64,000 nucleotides of DNA from Candidatus Woesearchaeota archaeon (GTDB lineage: Archaea; Nanobdellota; Nanobdellia; Woesearchaeales; GW2011-AR4): contig JACPIE010000038.1 in NCBI GenBank assembly GCA_016188245.1, positions 30,939-94,938 of the forward strand, read 5' to 3'. The notes beneath the pieces are model-generated. The model had not been told where the DNA came from, ran no database searches, and worked only from the letters and a program-made list of their open reading frames with translations. The first letter of the stretch is position 1. Every line of letters starts with the position of its first letter. Positions 38,362-47,604 of this stretch are shown here, in pieces. The position numbers were made by a program, and so were the translations under genes.

Positions 38362-38778
38362 ATGAATAAAAATCGTGAAGAATGCTATGTTTTAACTGAG
38401 AAACTTGAAGAGATTACATGGGCATTGGATGGGAGCTGCAATGACATAGACTGTGACAAGTACATGTATAAACGGCTTCTTAAAAAGAAATACAAGCCGG
38501 TCCTAAAGCATAGCTACTCATGCATTCCTAAATTAAAAATGGAAAAAGAAGCAGTTATGCGCTTGTTATCTTTAAAAAAATTCCGACAGTTTCGATACAA
38601 AAAATGCGAAGTATGCGGCAGGAAAATAGATTCGTTAGGAAAACATTATGCGATTGTAAGTTTTACAAAGCCTGCTGAATATAATGGCAAGAGAGTATAC
38701 GAATGTAAATTGATTCGAACACACAAAAAATGCAAGCATAAAGTTAGCATACCGATGGGCTGGCAAAAAATGGGATAA
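38362..38778 (+). CDS. Basic Cys-rich hypothetical protein, possible zinc finger
   Basis: CEVC-x35-HKKC and CNDIDC. Confidence 0.6.
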   Translation: MNKNREECYVLTEKLEEITWALDGSCNDIDCDKYMYKRLLKKKYKPVLKHSYSCIPKLKMEKEAVMRLLSLKKFRQFRYKKCEVCGRKIDSLGKHYAIVSFTKPAEYNGKRVYECKLIRTHKKCKHKVSIPMGWQKMG

Positions 38779-38800
38779 TTCTTTTGTCAGAAAAATAAGA

Positions 38801-39160
38801 GAAAAGTTCACATAACGTACAATATTTCACGAGGTTTTTTTCCTCACAAAATTTTCCCTCGTGAGCAAATTTCGGCAACCCATGAAATTTGCGAACAGAG
38901 TTGGAAAATTTTGAGAGCTGGAAAAAACTTAGGACAAATCGAAAAATGCTTGGCATTTTAGCTTAAGCGTTCGATTTTTCCGTGAAATATGTGTTATATT
39001 CTTTTCCCATGCGTAGTGTGGGAAAACTGCGTCCGCAGACTTTTTTAGACATCGTAAATCTGAGAGGCACTGTAGTTTTTACAGTAGATTTCTGCCTAAG
39101 GCAGACTAGATGTCCGAAGGACTAGAGAAGGGGCTTTTAAATTACATTAATATTTATATA
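38801..39160 (+). repeat. Left degenerate, hairpin-rich inverted repeat of the island
   Basis: Ordered blocks GAAAAGTTCACATAAC, GTTATATTC, ACTTTTTTAGACA, CGTAAATC, TGAGAGGCAC, TTCTGCCTAAG, GAGAAGGGGCTTTTA, AATATTTATATA recur in reverse complement at 44881-45092. Confidence 0.75.
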
Positions 39161-39187
39161 TGTTAATTATTTCTAGTTAAGTCAAAA

Positions 39188-40327
39188 ATGGATAAGAAAC
39201 TTCCAGATATCAGTGAATTGCCTGAAAGTCAAAGGATTCTTCTTAGGAGAGGGGGCAAAATAAAAGTTCCAAGTGAAAAAACGATTGGGTTTTTAAAATT
39301 ATACAATAAAAATATAAGAGGCACGATTGCTGGCAATGCTGTATATGCTATCCTTAACCCAGAAAAAATTGATGAAAAATTCAGAAAAGAGAATCAAGAA
39401 AAAATTGAGGAAACTCTGAACAATTACCTAAAAATAGCTTTAAAAGATATGAACAAGCAAATTGATTTGCATAAGGTCAATGAAAATATCTGCCTTTTTG
39501 ATGAGGGAATTGGTTTAGGAATATATGTGCCAAAGCTTATTCAGCAATACTTTCGCAAAGAATCTACTTATTTCAGTGATCTACTTTATGGAGCAAAATA
39601 TAATAGAAATCTTCTTAATCTTTCTGTTTTTAGCAAAATACTTTCAAAGAACATAAGGAATTTTACAGATCATGTGAATATTGATTACTTAATTTTCATG
39701 CCTTACTCACATAAAGGTTCAAAATCATTTTTTCCTTTGGAAATAATTGAGAAGGAGATACAAAAACAAGTGAACATTCCAATTTTTAGAATAATCAATA
39801 CGTCACAGCAAGAAAATCTCAAATATTCTACTTGGGCGCATAAAATACAGAGCATACTTCCAAATTTAAGAATAGACAATCCTGAAAAATTAAAATTTAA
39901 GAATATCATTCTAATTGATGATATCTATAATACTGGTGCACATCTTGCAGTTGCTTGCATAAAATTAAGACAAGCTAGTGTAAACAATATTTTTGTTTTA
40001 ACGTTGGGAGTATCCGATAATGTTAAGAATGATTTAAGCAATGAATTTGATTGGGAATGGCTGGATTTTTATAATGAAAGAAAAGAAACAAATATGATAA
40101 CTACTTCCCTCAGTCTAATAACTTTAAATTATCCATTAGACACGATAAACAAGAAGACTTCCCATTACAACTTAAAAGACTATGGAATCAAAGAATTATT
40201 GTTGACTAATACGTACCTCAAGAAAATGTTCAGAATCCATGTGAGATATTCTTCTAACAGAAGGAGTTATGTTCTTTTCATTGAGCCAGAATTAAAAGAA
40301 AAATTGAAAAGCTTTATAGGGAAATAA
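39188..40327 (+). CDS. ComF-like phosphoribosyltransferase with N- and C-terminal extensions
   Basis: PRPP-binding NIILIDDIYNTGAHL; LIFMPYS. Confidence 0.85.
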   Translation: MDKKLPDISELPESQRILLRRGGKIKVPSEKTIGFLKLYNKNIRGTIAGNAVYAILNPEKIDEKFRKENQEKIEETLNNYLKIALKDMNKQIDLHKVNENICLFDEGIGLGIYVPKLIQQYFRKESTYFSDLLYGAKYNRNLLNLSVFSKILSKNIRNFTDHVNIDYLIFMPYSHKGSKSFFPLEIIEKEIQKQVNIPIFRIINTSQQENLKYSTWAHKIQSILPNLRIDNPEKLKFKNIILIDDIYNTGAHLAVACIKLRQASVNNIFVLTLGVSDNVKNDLSNEFDWEWLDFYNERKETNMITTSLSLITLNYPLDTINKKTSHYNLKDYGIKELLLTNTYLKKMFRIHVRYSSNRRSYVLFIEPELKEKLKSFIGK

Positions 40328-40925
40328 TATCAGAGAGCTTGTTAAAGCTAAAATCTGGCTTTTCTTTTATTTTGTTATTATTATGCCAAAGTACAAGCCC
40401 AGAAAGACATCCAGCGTTTTTTGCAGCCAGAATATCCACATCCTGATCGCCGATATAGATTGTATTTTCAACATCTCCTTTTAGGTAATTGATGGCAATT
40501 AGTAAGGGTTTTGGGCTAGGCTTTCTAGCTCTTGTTTCACTGGGAGTTACTATCACATCTCCATATCTCAATAGATTGAATTGATTTAGCAATTTAAACG
40601 CAAACTCCTTTTTCAAAGAAGTTACAAATCCAATCTTTTTATCATTGCTTTTAAGGACTTTCATAGTTTCTTGAGTATTTTCAAAAAATAGTCTAATTTT
40701 GTCCAAATTGCTAGCATAAAATTTCCAGTATTTATTTAAGGACATAATACGGAATTCTGACAATATAGAGGTAAAAGATGCTCCCTTTCTTAATTTTGTA
40801 AATACATCTTCTTGATTAATATTTTTTCCTCCAGAATCCAAGATTGTATTAAATATTGCTTCAGCAATGCAATTTTCTGAATGCCAAAGTGTACCATCTA
40901 AATCAAATAAAATTGTCTTAATCAT
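40314..40925 (-). CDS. HAD-family hydrolase/phosphatase
   Basis: ILFDLDGTL, VTS, KPSP, YIGDQDVD. Confidence 0.93.
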   Translation of the reverse strand: MIKTILFDLDGTLWHSENCIAEAIFNTILDSGGKNINQEDVFTKLRKGASFTSILSEFRIMSLNKYWKFYASNLDKIRLFFENTQETMKVLKSNDKKIGFVTSLKKEFAFKLLNQFNLLRYGDVIVTPSETRARKPSPKPLLIAINYLKGDVENTIYIGDQDVDILAAKNAGCLSGLVLWHNNNKIKEKPDFSFNKLSDIISL

Positions 40926-41830
40926 TTAAAGGGAAATTTTACTTCATGACCATTAGCAAAAGCAATGATTTCGGCTTTTTGGTCATTTTTAATTTTCAAA
41001 TTACCACTATACGCTTCGGTATTGTCTTGGAATGGGATAAGAACCCCAATTGGCTTTTTTTGCTCCTTTGCTGCAATATAGGAATTCATAGTTCCTCCTT
41101 TTTCAGAAGTCTGCACAATCAAAACATAATTTGATAGCCCAACTATTATTTTATTCCTTTTTTTCAGGGCAAAATCTTGAACTTTGGTTCCTGGAGGGTA
41201 TTCACTTATAATTATCCCGTGTTTAATTATTTCATTTTTTAAAATTAAATTTTCTTTAGGATAATCAACGTCAATTCCACATCCTAATACTGCAATAGTA
41301 TCCCCACTATTATCTAATGCTGTTTTATGAGCTATTGCATCAAGTCCCATAGCTAAACCGCTAACTATACAAAAACCATCATTAACTAGTTTTTTTACAG
41401 CAATTTTGCCATTTTCTATTGCCCATTCATCAGGTTTTCTTGTACCTACAACAGCGCAAGATTTTAGTTTATTTAGAGTACTTAAATTTCCTTTAACATA
41501 TAGAATAGGCACAGAATGACTGGACTCAAAGAGGGTTTTGGGGTAATCTTGTTCAAAAAAGGTAATTATCTTTACCTGATTTAAATTTGTTTTTTCTATT
41601 ATCTTGTGTGCTTCATGTTCAAAATATTCTAATTTTGGTTTTCTTTCTAAAATTTGAGAAACTACCTCTTTTTTTAACTTAAATTCACTTTCTAATTCCT
41701 CTTTTGTCATATCAAATACTTTTTGAAATGATTTGTAAGCCTTAAAAAAAGTCTTAAATTTAACTGGGCCAAATCCTTTAACTTCTAAAAGATTTAGAAT
41801 CGCCCCTAGCTCCTTTAGATCATTCACCAT
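40922..41830 (-). CDS. dprA: DprA/SMF family protein lacking the C-terminal wHTH
   Basis: AVVGTR, VSGLAMGLD, AVLGCG, ISEYPPG, RNKIIVGLS, GGT. Confidence 0.92.
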   Translation of the reverse strand: MVNDLKELGAILNLLEVKGFGPVKFKTFFKAYKSFQKVFDMTKEELESEFKLKKEVVSQILERKPKLEYFEHEAHKIIEKTNLNQVKIITFFEQDYPKTLFESSHSVPILYVKGNLSTLNKLKSCAVVGTRKPDEWAIENGKIAVKKLVNDGFCIVSGLAMGLDAIAHKTALDNSGDTIAVLGCGIDVDYPKENLILKNEIIKHGIIISEYPPGTKVQDFALKKRNKIIVGLSNYVLIVQTSEKGGTMNSYIAAKEQKKPIGVLIPFQDNTEAYSGNLKIKNDQKAEIIAFANGHEVKFPFK

Positions 41831-41952
41831 AATATAAAGTCTATCAATGTTAATTTAAAAAATTATCTAATTATATGGGGCAAACAAGCTAGGGAGTTGG
41901 GGCTTTAAAATACCATTTATGATTTTAGAATTTTTGATTTTTTACAAATATA

Positions 41953-44835
41953 TTACCAATTTACTTTAATCTTTAGTACTTCGTTGTGCAATTTATTAAA
42001 ATAATCTAATTTACCGTCTTTTTTTCCTTTTTCATATAGTTTTTTTATTAATCTTACATCATGCTTACAGTACTCTGTAACTTTATCTATTTTTCCCTCC
42101 TTAAACCATTTTAAAGATTGCAGTCCATCCGCTATCTTATTCTCATTAAAATTTATTTGGGCAAGGTCTCCTAATTTTAATCTAAAATTAAGCCTGTTTC
42201 TTATATGTTCTAATAAATCTAATGGTTTAATCAAATTCTGATTAAAATTTTCATACCCAGATAAAACTCTAAAATCGAAATATTTGATATTATACCCAAT
42301 AACTAAATCTGCCTTGTATAAAGATTCAATTAGTGCCTGCACTTCATTTTCTGTATAAACTTGATAGTTATCATTATTATCTAGGGTAACAGCTATAGCT
42401 ACCTTCATTTTGTCAATATTTCTCCATCCGCCTACTTCATCTGCACCTTTCTGAGTTTCTACATCAAAAAAGATTATATTTTGTTGAATTTTAGTATCTT
42501 CATCAATTAGTTTCGTAACTAATTGAGGCTCTACCTTTATATCTTCCACTTTTAGATAGCCACGCATATATTTTAATATTTCAATTGCAGTGGCTTTACT
42601 TAGTGGTTCATTATCATTACCACACTTAGGACTCATTATACATTTAGGGCAGCCATTGTCTTTATTACATTTGCATTTACTTATTAGTTCATTCGTAAAA
42701 CCTAATAGCTCGTCAAATATATTATATGCTTTTTCACAAAGTCCAATCCCTCCATCATATCCGTCGTAAATAAAGATAGATGCTCTTTTAGTTTGTGGAT
42801 GGAATAACATGGAATATCCGCCTATGTCCCATCGGTCACATAAAACTTTGATTGGAAATAAAGAAATTATGCCATGTTCAATTGCATGCAATCCACCTCC
42901 ATAAAGTGTCTCTTTATCTATGTTATTTTTTGGACAAAATGTAGAACTAACTACATCTGGTAGTTCTATCCAACAAGATTTAGTTATTAGCTTTACCATA
43001 GGGCAATCTACATCTATTAAAGAACTCATTTTTTCTCTTGTAGACTTCTTTATTTTATAGTAACCAATTACTTGTTCATTTACTTCGACTATTCCAAATT
43101 TTAGTTTGAAACTATTAAATGTTTTTTCATCTAACACCTTTATAACTCTAATGTCTTTGAGAGAATATGGCTCAGTATAATAATCAACAAAACAAGGTTT
43201 GACATAAATATCTTTTCCATAATCATCAATTTCTGTAACGATGAATTCCCTTCCCCCATGTAAGTATATAGCTCCGCTATGGCATTCATTGTAGATATTA
43301 AATATTGAAATATCCCCGATGACTTCTTTTTTGTTTTTGTTGATAATTGTATATTGTTGTCTCGAATCCCTTAAAGTAACTTTTCTGTGTAGGTCTTGGT
43401 GAGATATTAAATCGCCCCTATAATTTCTTGCTAATCTTCCCTCACTCTCTAATTCTTCCATGATTTTTTTGGCATAAACAGGAAAATATTTTTCATTATC
43501 TTTTTGTAATGGAAACTCTATCGATGCACACAATAGATGATTCATTAGGACATACCTATTATTAATATCAATTATGGCTTCCTCAAATTTATTCTCAAAA
43601 AGATAATTTGGATTATCTAAAAAATAGGAGTCCATCGGAGAACTACCATCAAATAAAATTACTACAAAAGATTCCTTATCCCTTCTTCCAACCCTGCCTG
43701 CTTGTTGCCAAGTGCTTATTAAACTCCCCGGATAACCAACCATAATGCAAAAATCTAAATTCCCGATGTCTATTCCAAGTTCAAGTGCATTTGTGCTAAT
43801 AATACCTTTTAATTTTCCTGTTCTAATTTTTTTCTCGATTTCTCGTCTTTCTTCTGGGAGCAAGCCTGCTTTGTACGGTTTAACAACTTTTTTTATGTCA
43901 TTATCACTCCACATATAAAGTAACTCAGTAATTTTTCTTGCTCTGGTAAAGGCTATCGTTTTCAAATTTGATTTAATACCTAACTTCAATAACTCAACAG
44001 CTTCTGTATTGATTGACCTTTGCTCGATATCTTGATTTTTGAGAAGCTCATTAATATCACTAATTGTAGGTGTCCAATAAATAAAATTTTTCTTGCTGGA
44101 AGGGTGATGAGATTCAGTAATTACTTTAAAATATCTGCCAGGGATTAAGTTATCTATAAATGATTCTGGATTACCAATTGTCGCCGAGGAACTGATAAAT
44201 TGAGGATTTGAATTGTATAAGTCGCATATTCTCAACAATCTCCTCATGACCATTGTAAAATGTGTCCCAAATATTCCTCTGTATATATGAGACTCATCTA
44301 CAATAACATATTTCAAATTTTTAAAAAATTTCTCCCATTTTTCCCTATATCTTAAAATTGCACAATGTAATTCATTAGGGTTAGTAATGATTATATTAGG
44401 CAGGTTGTGTCTTATGAATCTTTTCTTTGAATCATCAGTGTCTCCATCGTAAACTTCAAAGCTAAAACCTTTATTGTAAGGTAGATTTTCGTCTATTTCT
44501 CTTAATTTTTCTAATTGATCTTGTTGTAGAGCTTTCAAAGGAAAAATATAAAGTGCTCGAGTTTCTTTATTTCTTAATATACTATTTAAAACTGGAATGT
44601 TATAGACTAGTGTCTTGCCACTTGATGTTGGGGTTGTTAATAATACATTATCCTTTCTGTGTACAAGTTCGATAGCTATTGATTGATGTTTGTATAATTT
44701 TGTAATTCCTAATTTATTTATAGCATTCTTCAAATCTTGGTCTATCCAGTGGGGGAAATCAAAGTATTGTCCCTCTTTCTCATCTATAACTTTCCAAAAT
44801 TTTATTTTTTTGTTATCGAGATTTAAAAAGTTCAT
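41953..44835 (-). CDS. DEAD/DEAH helicase with DUF1998 (MrfA/Hrq1/SftH-like) fused to a C-terminal RNase H-like DEDD exonuclease (MrfB/YprB-like)
   Basis: TSSGKT, DESH, SAT, QQAGRVGRR, CKC...GCPKC; FDVETQ, GYNIKYFD, YCKHDV. Confidence 0.93.
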   Translation of the reverse strand: MNFLNLDNKKIKFWKVIDEKEGQYFDFPHWIDQDLKNAINKLGITKLYKHQSIAIELVHRKDNVLLTTPTSSGKTLVYNIPVLNSILRNKETRALYIFPLKALQQDQLEKLREIDENLPYNKGFSFEVYDGDTDDSKKRFIRHNLPNIIITNPNELHCAILRYREKWEKFFKNLKYVIVDESHIYRGIFGTHFTMVMRRLLRICDLYNSNPQFISSSATIGNPESFIDNLIPGRYFKVITESHHPSSKKNFIYWTPTISDINELLKNQDIEQRSINTEAVELLKLGIKSNLKTIAFTRARKITELLYMWSDNDIKKVVKPYKAGLLPEERREIEKKIRTGKLKGIISTNALELGIDIGNLDFCIMVGYPGSLISTWQQAGRVGRRDKESFVVILFDGSSPMDSYFLDNPNYLFENKFEEAIIDINNRYVLMNHLLCASIEFPLQKDNEKYFPVYAKKIMEELESEGRLARNYRGDLISHQDLHRKVTLRDSRQQYTIINKNKKEVIGDISIFNIYNECHSGAIYLHGGREFIVTEIDDYGKDIYVKPCFVDYYTEPYSLKDIRVIKVLDEKTFNSFKLKFGIVEVNEQVIGYYKIKKSTREKMSSLIDVDCPMVKLITKSCWIELPDVVSSTFCPKNNIDKETLYGGGLHAIEHGIISLFPIKVLCDRWDIGGYSMLFHPQTKRASIFIYDGYDGGIGLCEKAYNIFDELLGFTNELISKCKCNKDNGCPKCIMSPKCGNDNEPLSKATAIEILKYMRGYLKVEDIKVEPQLVTKLIDEDTKIQQNIIFFDVETQKGADEVGGWRNIDKMKVAIAVTLDNNDNYQVYTENEVQALIESLYKADLVIGYNIKYFDFRVLSGYENFNQNLIKPLDLLEHIRNRLNFRLKLGDLAQINFNENKIADGLQSLKWFKEGKIDKVTEYCKHDVRLIKKLYEKGKKDGKLDYFNKLHNEVLKIKVNW

Positions 44836-44880
44836 TTTATCTTGTTATACCCTATTCTTTTGTTGGTTAAAGTAAAATAT

Positions 44881-45092
44881 TATATAAATATTCCCTTATA
44901 AAAGCTCCTTCTCCCGTCGTTAAGTAAAAACTTAGGAGAACGAAGTGAACCGTATAATCTCTCGTTATGCGAATCTCCTTGAGTTTGCATTTCTAAGATT
45001 ATGCGAAAGTGTCTCTCAATTAAGATTTACGGCGTAAGCCTTTTCATAGGTGTCTAAAAAAGTGAATATAACGCCGTTATGGCGAACTTTTC
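44881..45092 (-). repeat. Right degenerate inverted repeat of the island, including a dif-like site
   Basis: Reverse-complement counterpart of 38801-39160; AACCGTATAA-TCTCTCG-TTATGCGAAT at 44948-44974. Confidence 0.75.
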
Positions 45093-45270
45093 AATCTGCA
45101 TTTTTTGTATTTTGCCCTAAAAACAGAATTCACTTACAATGCACTATTCTGTTGTTCTTGGTGTAACAAACCAGTTTATTTTTCCATATTGTAGACAACT
45201 ATTCCAAGATAGCAACAAAAATGTACATTTTGTACAAAAGTTTATATATAATCTCTACATTATACTAATT

Positions 45271-45340
45271 TAGCAGGTAAAACCTGTTGGTCAGTGTACT
45301 TTGAAGTGCACGCACAACAGTACCAGCAGGTGCTGCTTTT
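45271..45340 (+). ncRNA. Structured small RNA convergent with the DUF3800 gene (DUF3800-associated RNA-like)
   Basis: TATA TTTATATA at 45241-45248; helices AGCAG/CTGCT, ACCTGTTGGT/ACCAGCAGGT, GTGTACT/AGTGCAC with G-U pairs only on the + strand; U-rich 3' end. Confidence 0.65.
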
Positions 45341-45348
45341 CTTTCGTT

Positions 45349-45960
45349 TTACCATAAATGGGCTACGTTAACTTTTTTCTCGATTACCCTGAAATAAATG
45401 TCATTGCCGTGTTCAAACTTATGAAAAACTGCCCATGACACAATATCTGCTATCTGCAATCCGGGCCAAGCATGTGACCAGCTGTGGTATATCTCTATCT
45501 CCCTAGCCCATCTCGCTTCTTTGAACTTCATCTCCATATACTTGTTAAAGTCTTCAATTAAAGTCTGCTTTCCTTTTGACCTGTCAATCCTCATAGTCAA
45601 TCTTCTGGAATCAACCGATATATTGGCTAAATGGCTGCACACAAAATTATACAATTTGTGCTTGTCGCTTTTGAGAAATTGGCTATACAATTTTTTCTTT
45701 TCAAGTATAATGCTTTGTGCATGGGCGGATTCAATTTCCATAAACTTTTTTAATGTATGCATAATCAATTCTGCACTTGAGTCATTCGCCTTGATTTCAG
45801 AAGCATTTTTTAGCTCTTTTTTAAATTTGTTTCTTCTCATATTTTTTATTATTCGTTCTAAGAAAGCGGGATTGTCTACCCAAATTGCAGTAATCACAAA
45901 ATATTTTGAGCCCTTTTCTCCTAAATCTCCAGTTTCATCAATGTAAACGTATCTTTCCAT
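45349..45960 (-). CDS. DUF3800 family protein
   Basis: YVYIDETGDLG, EIK, LQIADIVSWA. Confidence 0.9.
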   Translation of the reverse strand: MERYVYIDETGDLGEKGSKYFVITAIWVDNPAFLERIIKNMRRNKFKKELKNASEIKANDSSAELIMHTLKKFMEIESAHAQSIILEKKKLYSQFLKSDKHKLYNFVCSHLANISVDSRRLTMRIDRSKGKQTLIEDFNKYMEMKFKEARWAREIEIYHSWSHAWPGLQIADIVSWAVFHKFEHGNDIYFRVIEKKVNVAHLW

Positions 45961-46000
45961 TAAGAAAATACATGTTTATTAATTTAAAAATCTTTAGAAT

Positions 46001-47554
46001 CTATTCAACACTCTTTCCTAATTTAGATAGCTTTTCCCCTTCCATAAACCTCCTTAAAACATCCTTCAAGTCTTTTATTTTGACTCTGATTTGCTCTGTC
46101 GTATCTCTCGATCTTATTGTCACAGATTCATCCTCCAGGCTTTCAAAATCAACAGTGACAGATGCGCAGATTCCTGATTCATCTGCCCTTGCATACCTTC
46201 GCCCTATCGAGCCCGAAGTGTCAAAAGTGCAGGTCCATCCTGCCTTTAGCTCATCATACACGCTCTTTGCTTTCTTGACAAGCTCTGCCTTATTGGAAAC
46301 AAGAGGAAAAATTCCTATTTTTATGGGCGCCAGCCTCGGATGCAGCTTCAGCACTACATTGTCCCTTGACTTGTCGTAATTGTAGGCATCAAACATGAAT
46401 ACAAGGAAAGCCCTTTCCACCCCTTGCGACGGCTCGCAAATGACATGAGGCAAAATTTTTTTCTTTGTCTCTTCGTCAAAAATGCTCAAGTCAGTCTTGC
46501 TGTGCTCCATGTGCTGCTTTAAGTCAAAGTCTGTCCTGTTTGAAAGCCCCTGCAGCTCCTTCCATCCGAAAGGAAACTCGTATTCCAGGTCCCATGTGTC
46601 AAGCGCATAATGCGAAAGCTCGTCTTTTACATGCTGCCGTATCCTGAAATGCCCGGAAGAAGCCCCCAAATCAACAAACCATTTGTGCATTATAGCCAGC
46701 CAGTAAGCATGCCATCTTGTCTTTATTATCTTTTTGCTGAGGCATTCTTTTATCGGCATCTTCTGCATTTTTTGGCCTTTTTTTTGCATTTCAGCTGAAA
46801 GCACATTCAGCTCATAGTCAATGACATCTTCAATGTAGGCGCATTCATCCTGCTTTTCAGGATGGACAAAATATTCAATCTCCATCTGCTCGAATTCCCT
46901 CATCCTGAACAGGAAATCCCTTGGTGAAATTTCGTTCCTGAATGATTTTCCGATTTGGGCAATCCCAAACGGAAGCTTCAGCCTTGCATTCTCCTGCACA
47001 AGCCTGAAGTTGGCAAAAATCAGCTGGGCTGTTTCCGGCCTCAAATAAGCCGCTGAGGCATCGCTCTGAATCGGCCCAATGTGGGTTGTGAACATAAGGT
47101 TGAATTTTTTGGCATCACCTAGGCTGCCGCTGCACTTTGGGCATTTGATTTTATGCTCTTTTATCTCTGCATTCAGGCCTCCAATAGTCATGCCTGCTGT
47201 GGGAATCTTCAACGTATCCTCGACCAAAGTATCTGCCCTGAACCTTGAATTGCACTTCCTGCAATCGACAAGCACGTCAGAAAAGCCGGCTGCATGCCCG
47301 CTCGCTTTCCACACAAGCGGATTTGATATGATGCTTCCGTCAATGCCGACAACATCATCCCTCTGGTGTACAAATGTTTTCCACCACTCCTTCTTTATGT
47401 TGTTCTTTAATTCAACTCCAAGATGCCCGAAATCATAAAATCCGGCAATTCCCCCATAAATCTCGGAATTAGGGTAGACAAACCCCTTTCTCTTGCAGAA
47501 AACAGCCATCTCATCGATTGTTAGTTTTTTTGCGTCTTGCTTGATTTTTTCCAT
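46001..47554 (-). CDS. glyS: Glycyl-tRNA synthetase (homodimeric type)
   Basis: YLRPETAQ, FRNEISPR, FEQME, SIGRRYAR. Confidence 0.97.
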   Translation of the reverse strand: MEKIKQDAKKLTIDEMAVFCKRKGFVYPNSEIYGGIAGFYDFGHLGVELKNNIKKEWWKTFVHQRDDVVGIDGSIISNPLVWKASGHAAGFSDVLVDCRKCNSRFRADTLVEDTLKIPTAGMTIGGLNAEIKEHKIKCPKCSGSLGDAKKFNLMFTTHIGPIQSDASAAYLRPETAQLIFANFRLVQENARLKLPFGIAQIGKSFRNEISPRDFLFRMREFEQMEIEYFVHPEKQDECAYIEDVIDYELNVLSAEMQKKGQKMQKMPIKECLSKKIIKTRWHAYWLAIMHKWFVDLGASSGHFRIRQHVKDELSHYALDTWDLEYEFPFGWKELQGLSNRTDFDLKQHMEHSKTDLSIFDEETKKKILPHVICEPSQGVERAFLVFMFDAYNYDKSRDNVVLKLHPRLAPIKIGIFPLVSNKAELVKKAKSVYDELKAGWTCTFDTSGSIGRRYARADESGICASVTVDFESLEDESVTIRSRDTTEQIRVKIKDLKDVLRRFMEGEKLSKLGKSVE

Positions 47555-47604
47555 TATTAACGGATTTTACAGCTCACAATAAAAAGATTTTGGTAGAATC
47601 CTGC

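Larger units (their letters stand above)
38801..45092. mobile_element. AT-rich accessory island (candidate defence module) bounded by inverted repeats; no integrase or transposase inside
   Basis: Visible drop in GC content, ShosTA-like gene content, flanking inverted repeats. Confidence 0.65.

Noticed and set aside
38801-39001. Bona fide integron attC cassette array
   Set aside because: Only one attC-like hairpin, longer than typical, with no integron integrase and no same-orientation array. Retained only as part of the inverted-repeat finding.
39188-41830. Natural competence locus (ComF plus DprA)
   Set aside because: No ComEC/ComEA nearby, DprA lacks its C-terminal domain, and the HAD partner plus island context favour a ShosTA-like reading. 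Not fully excluded.
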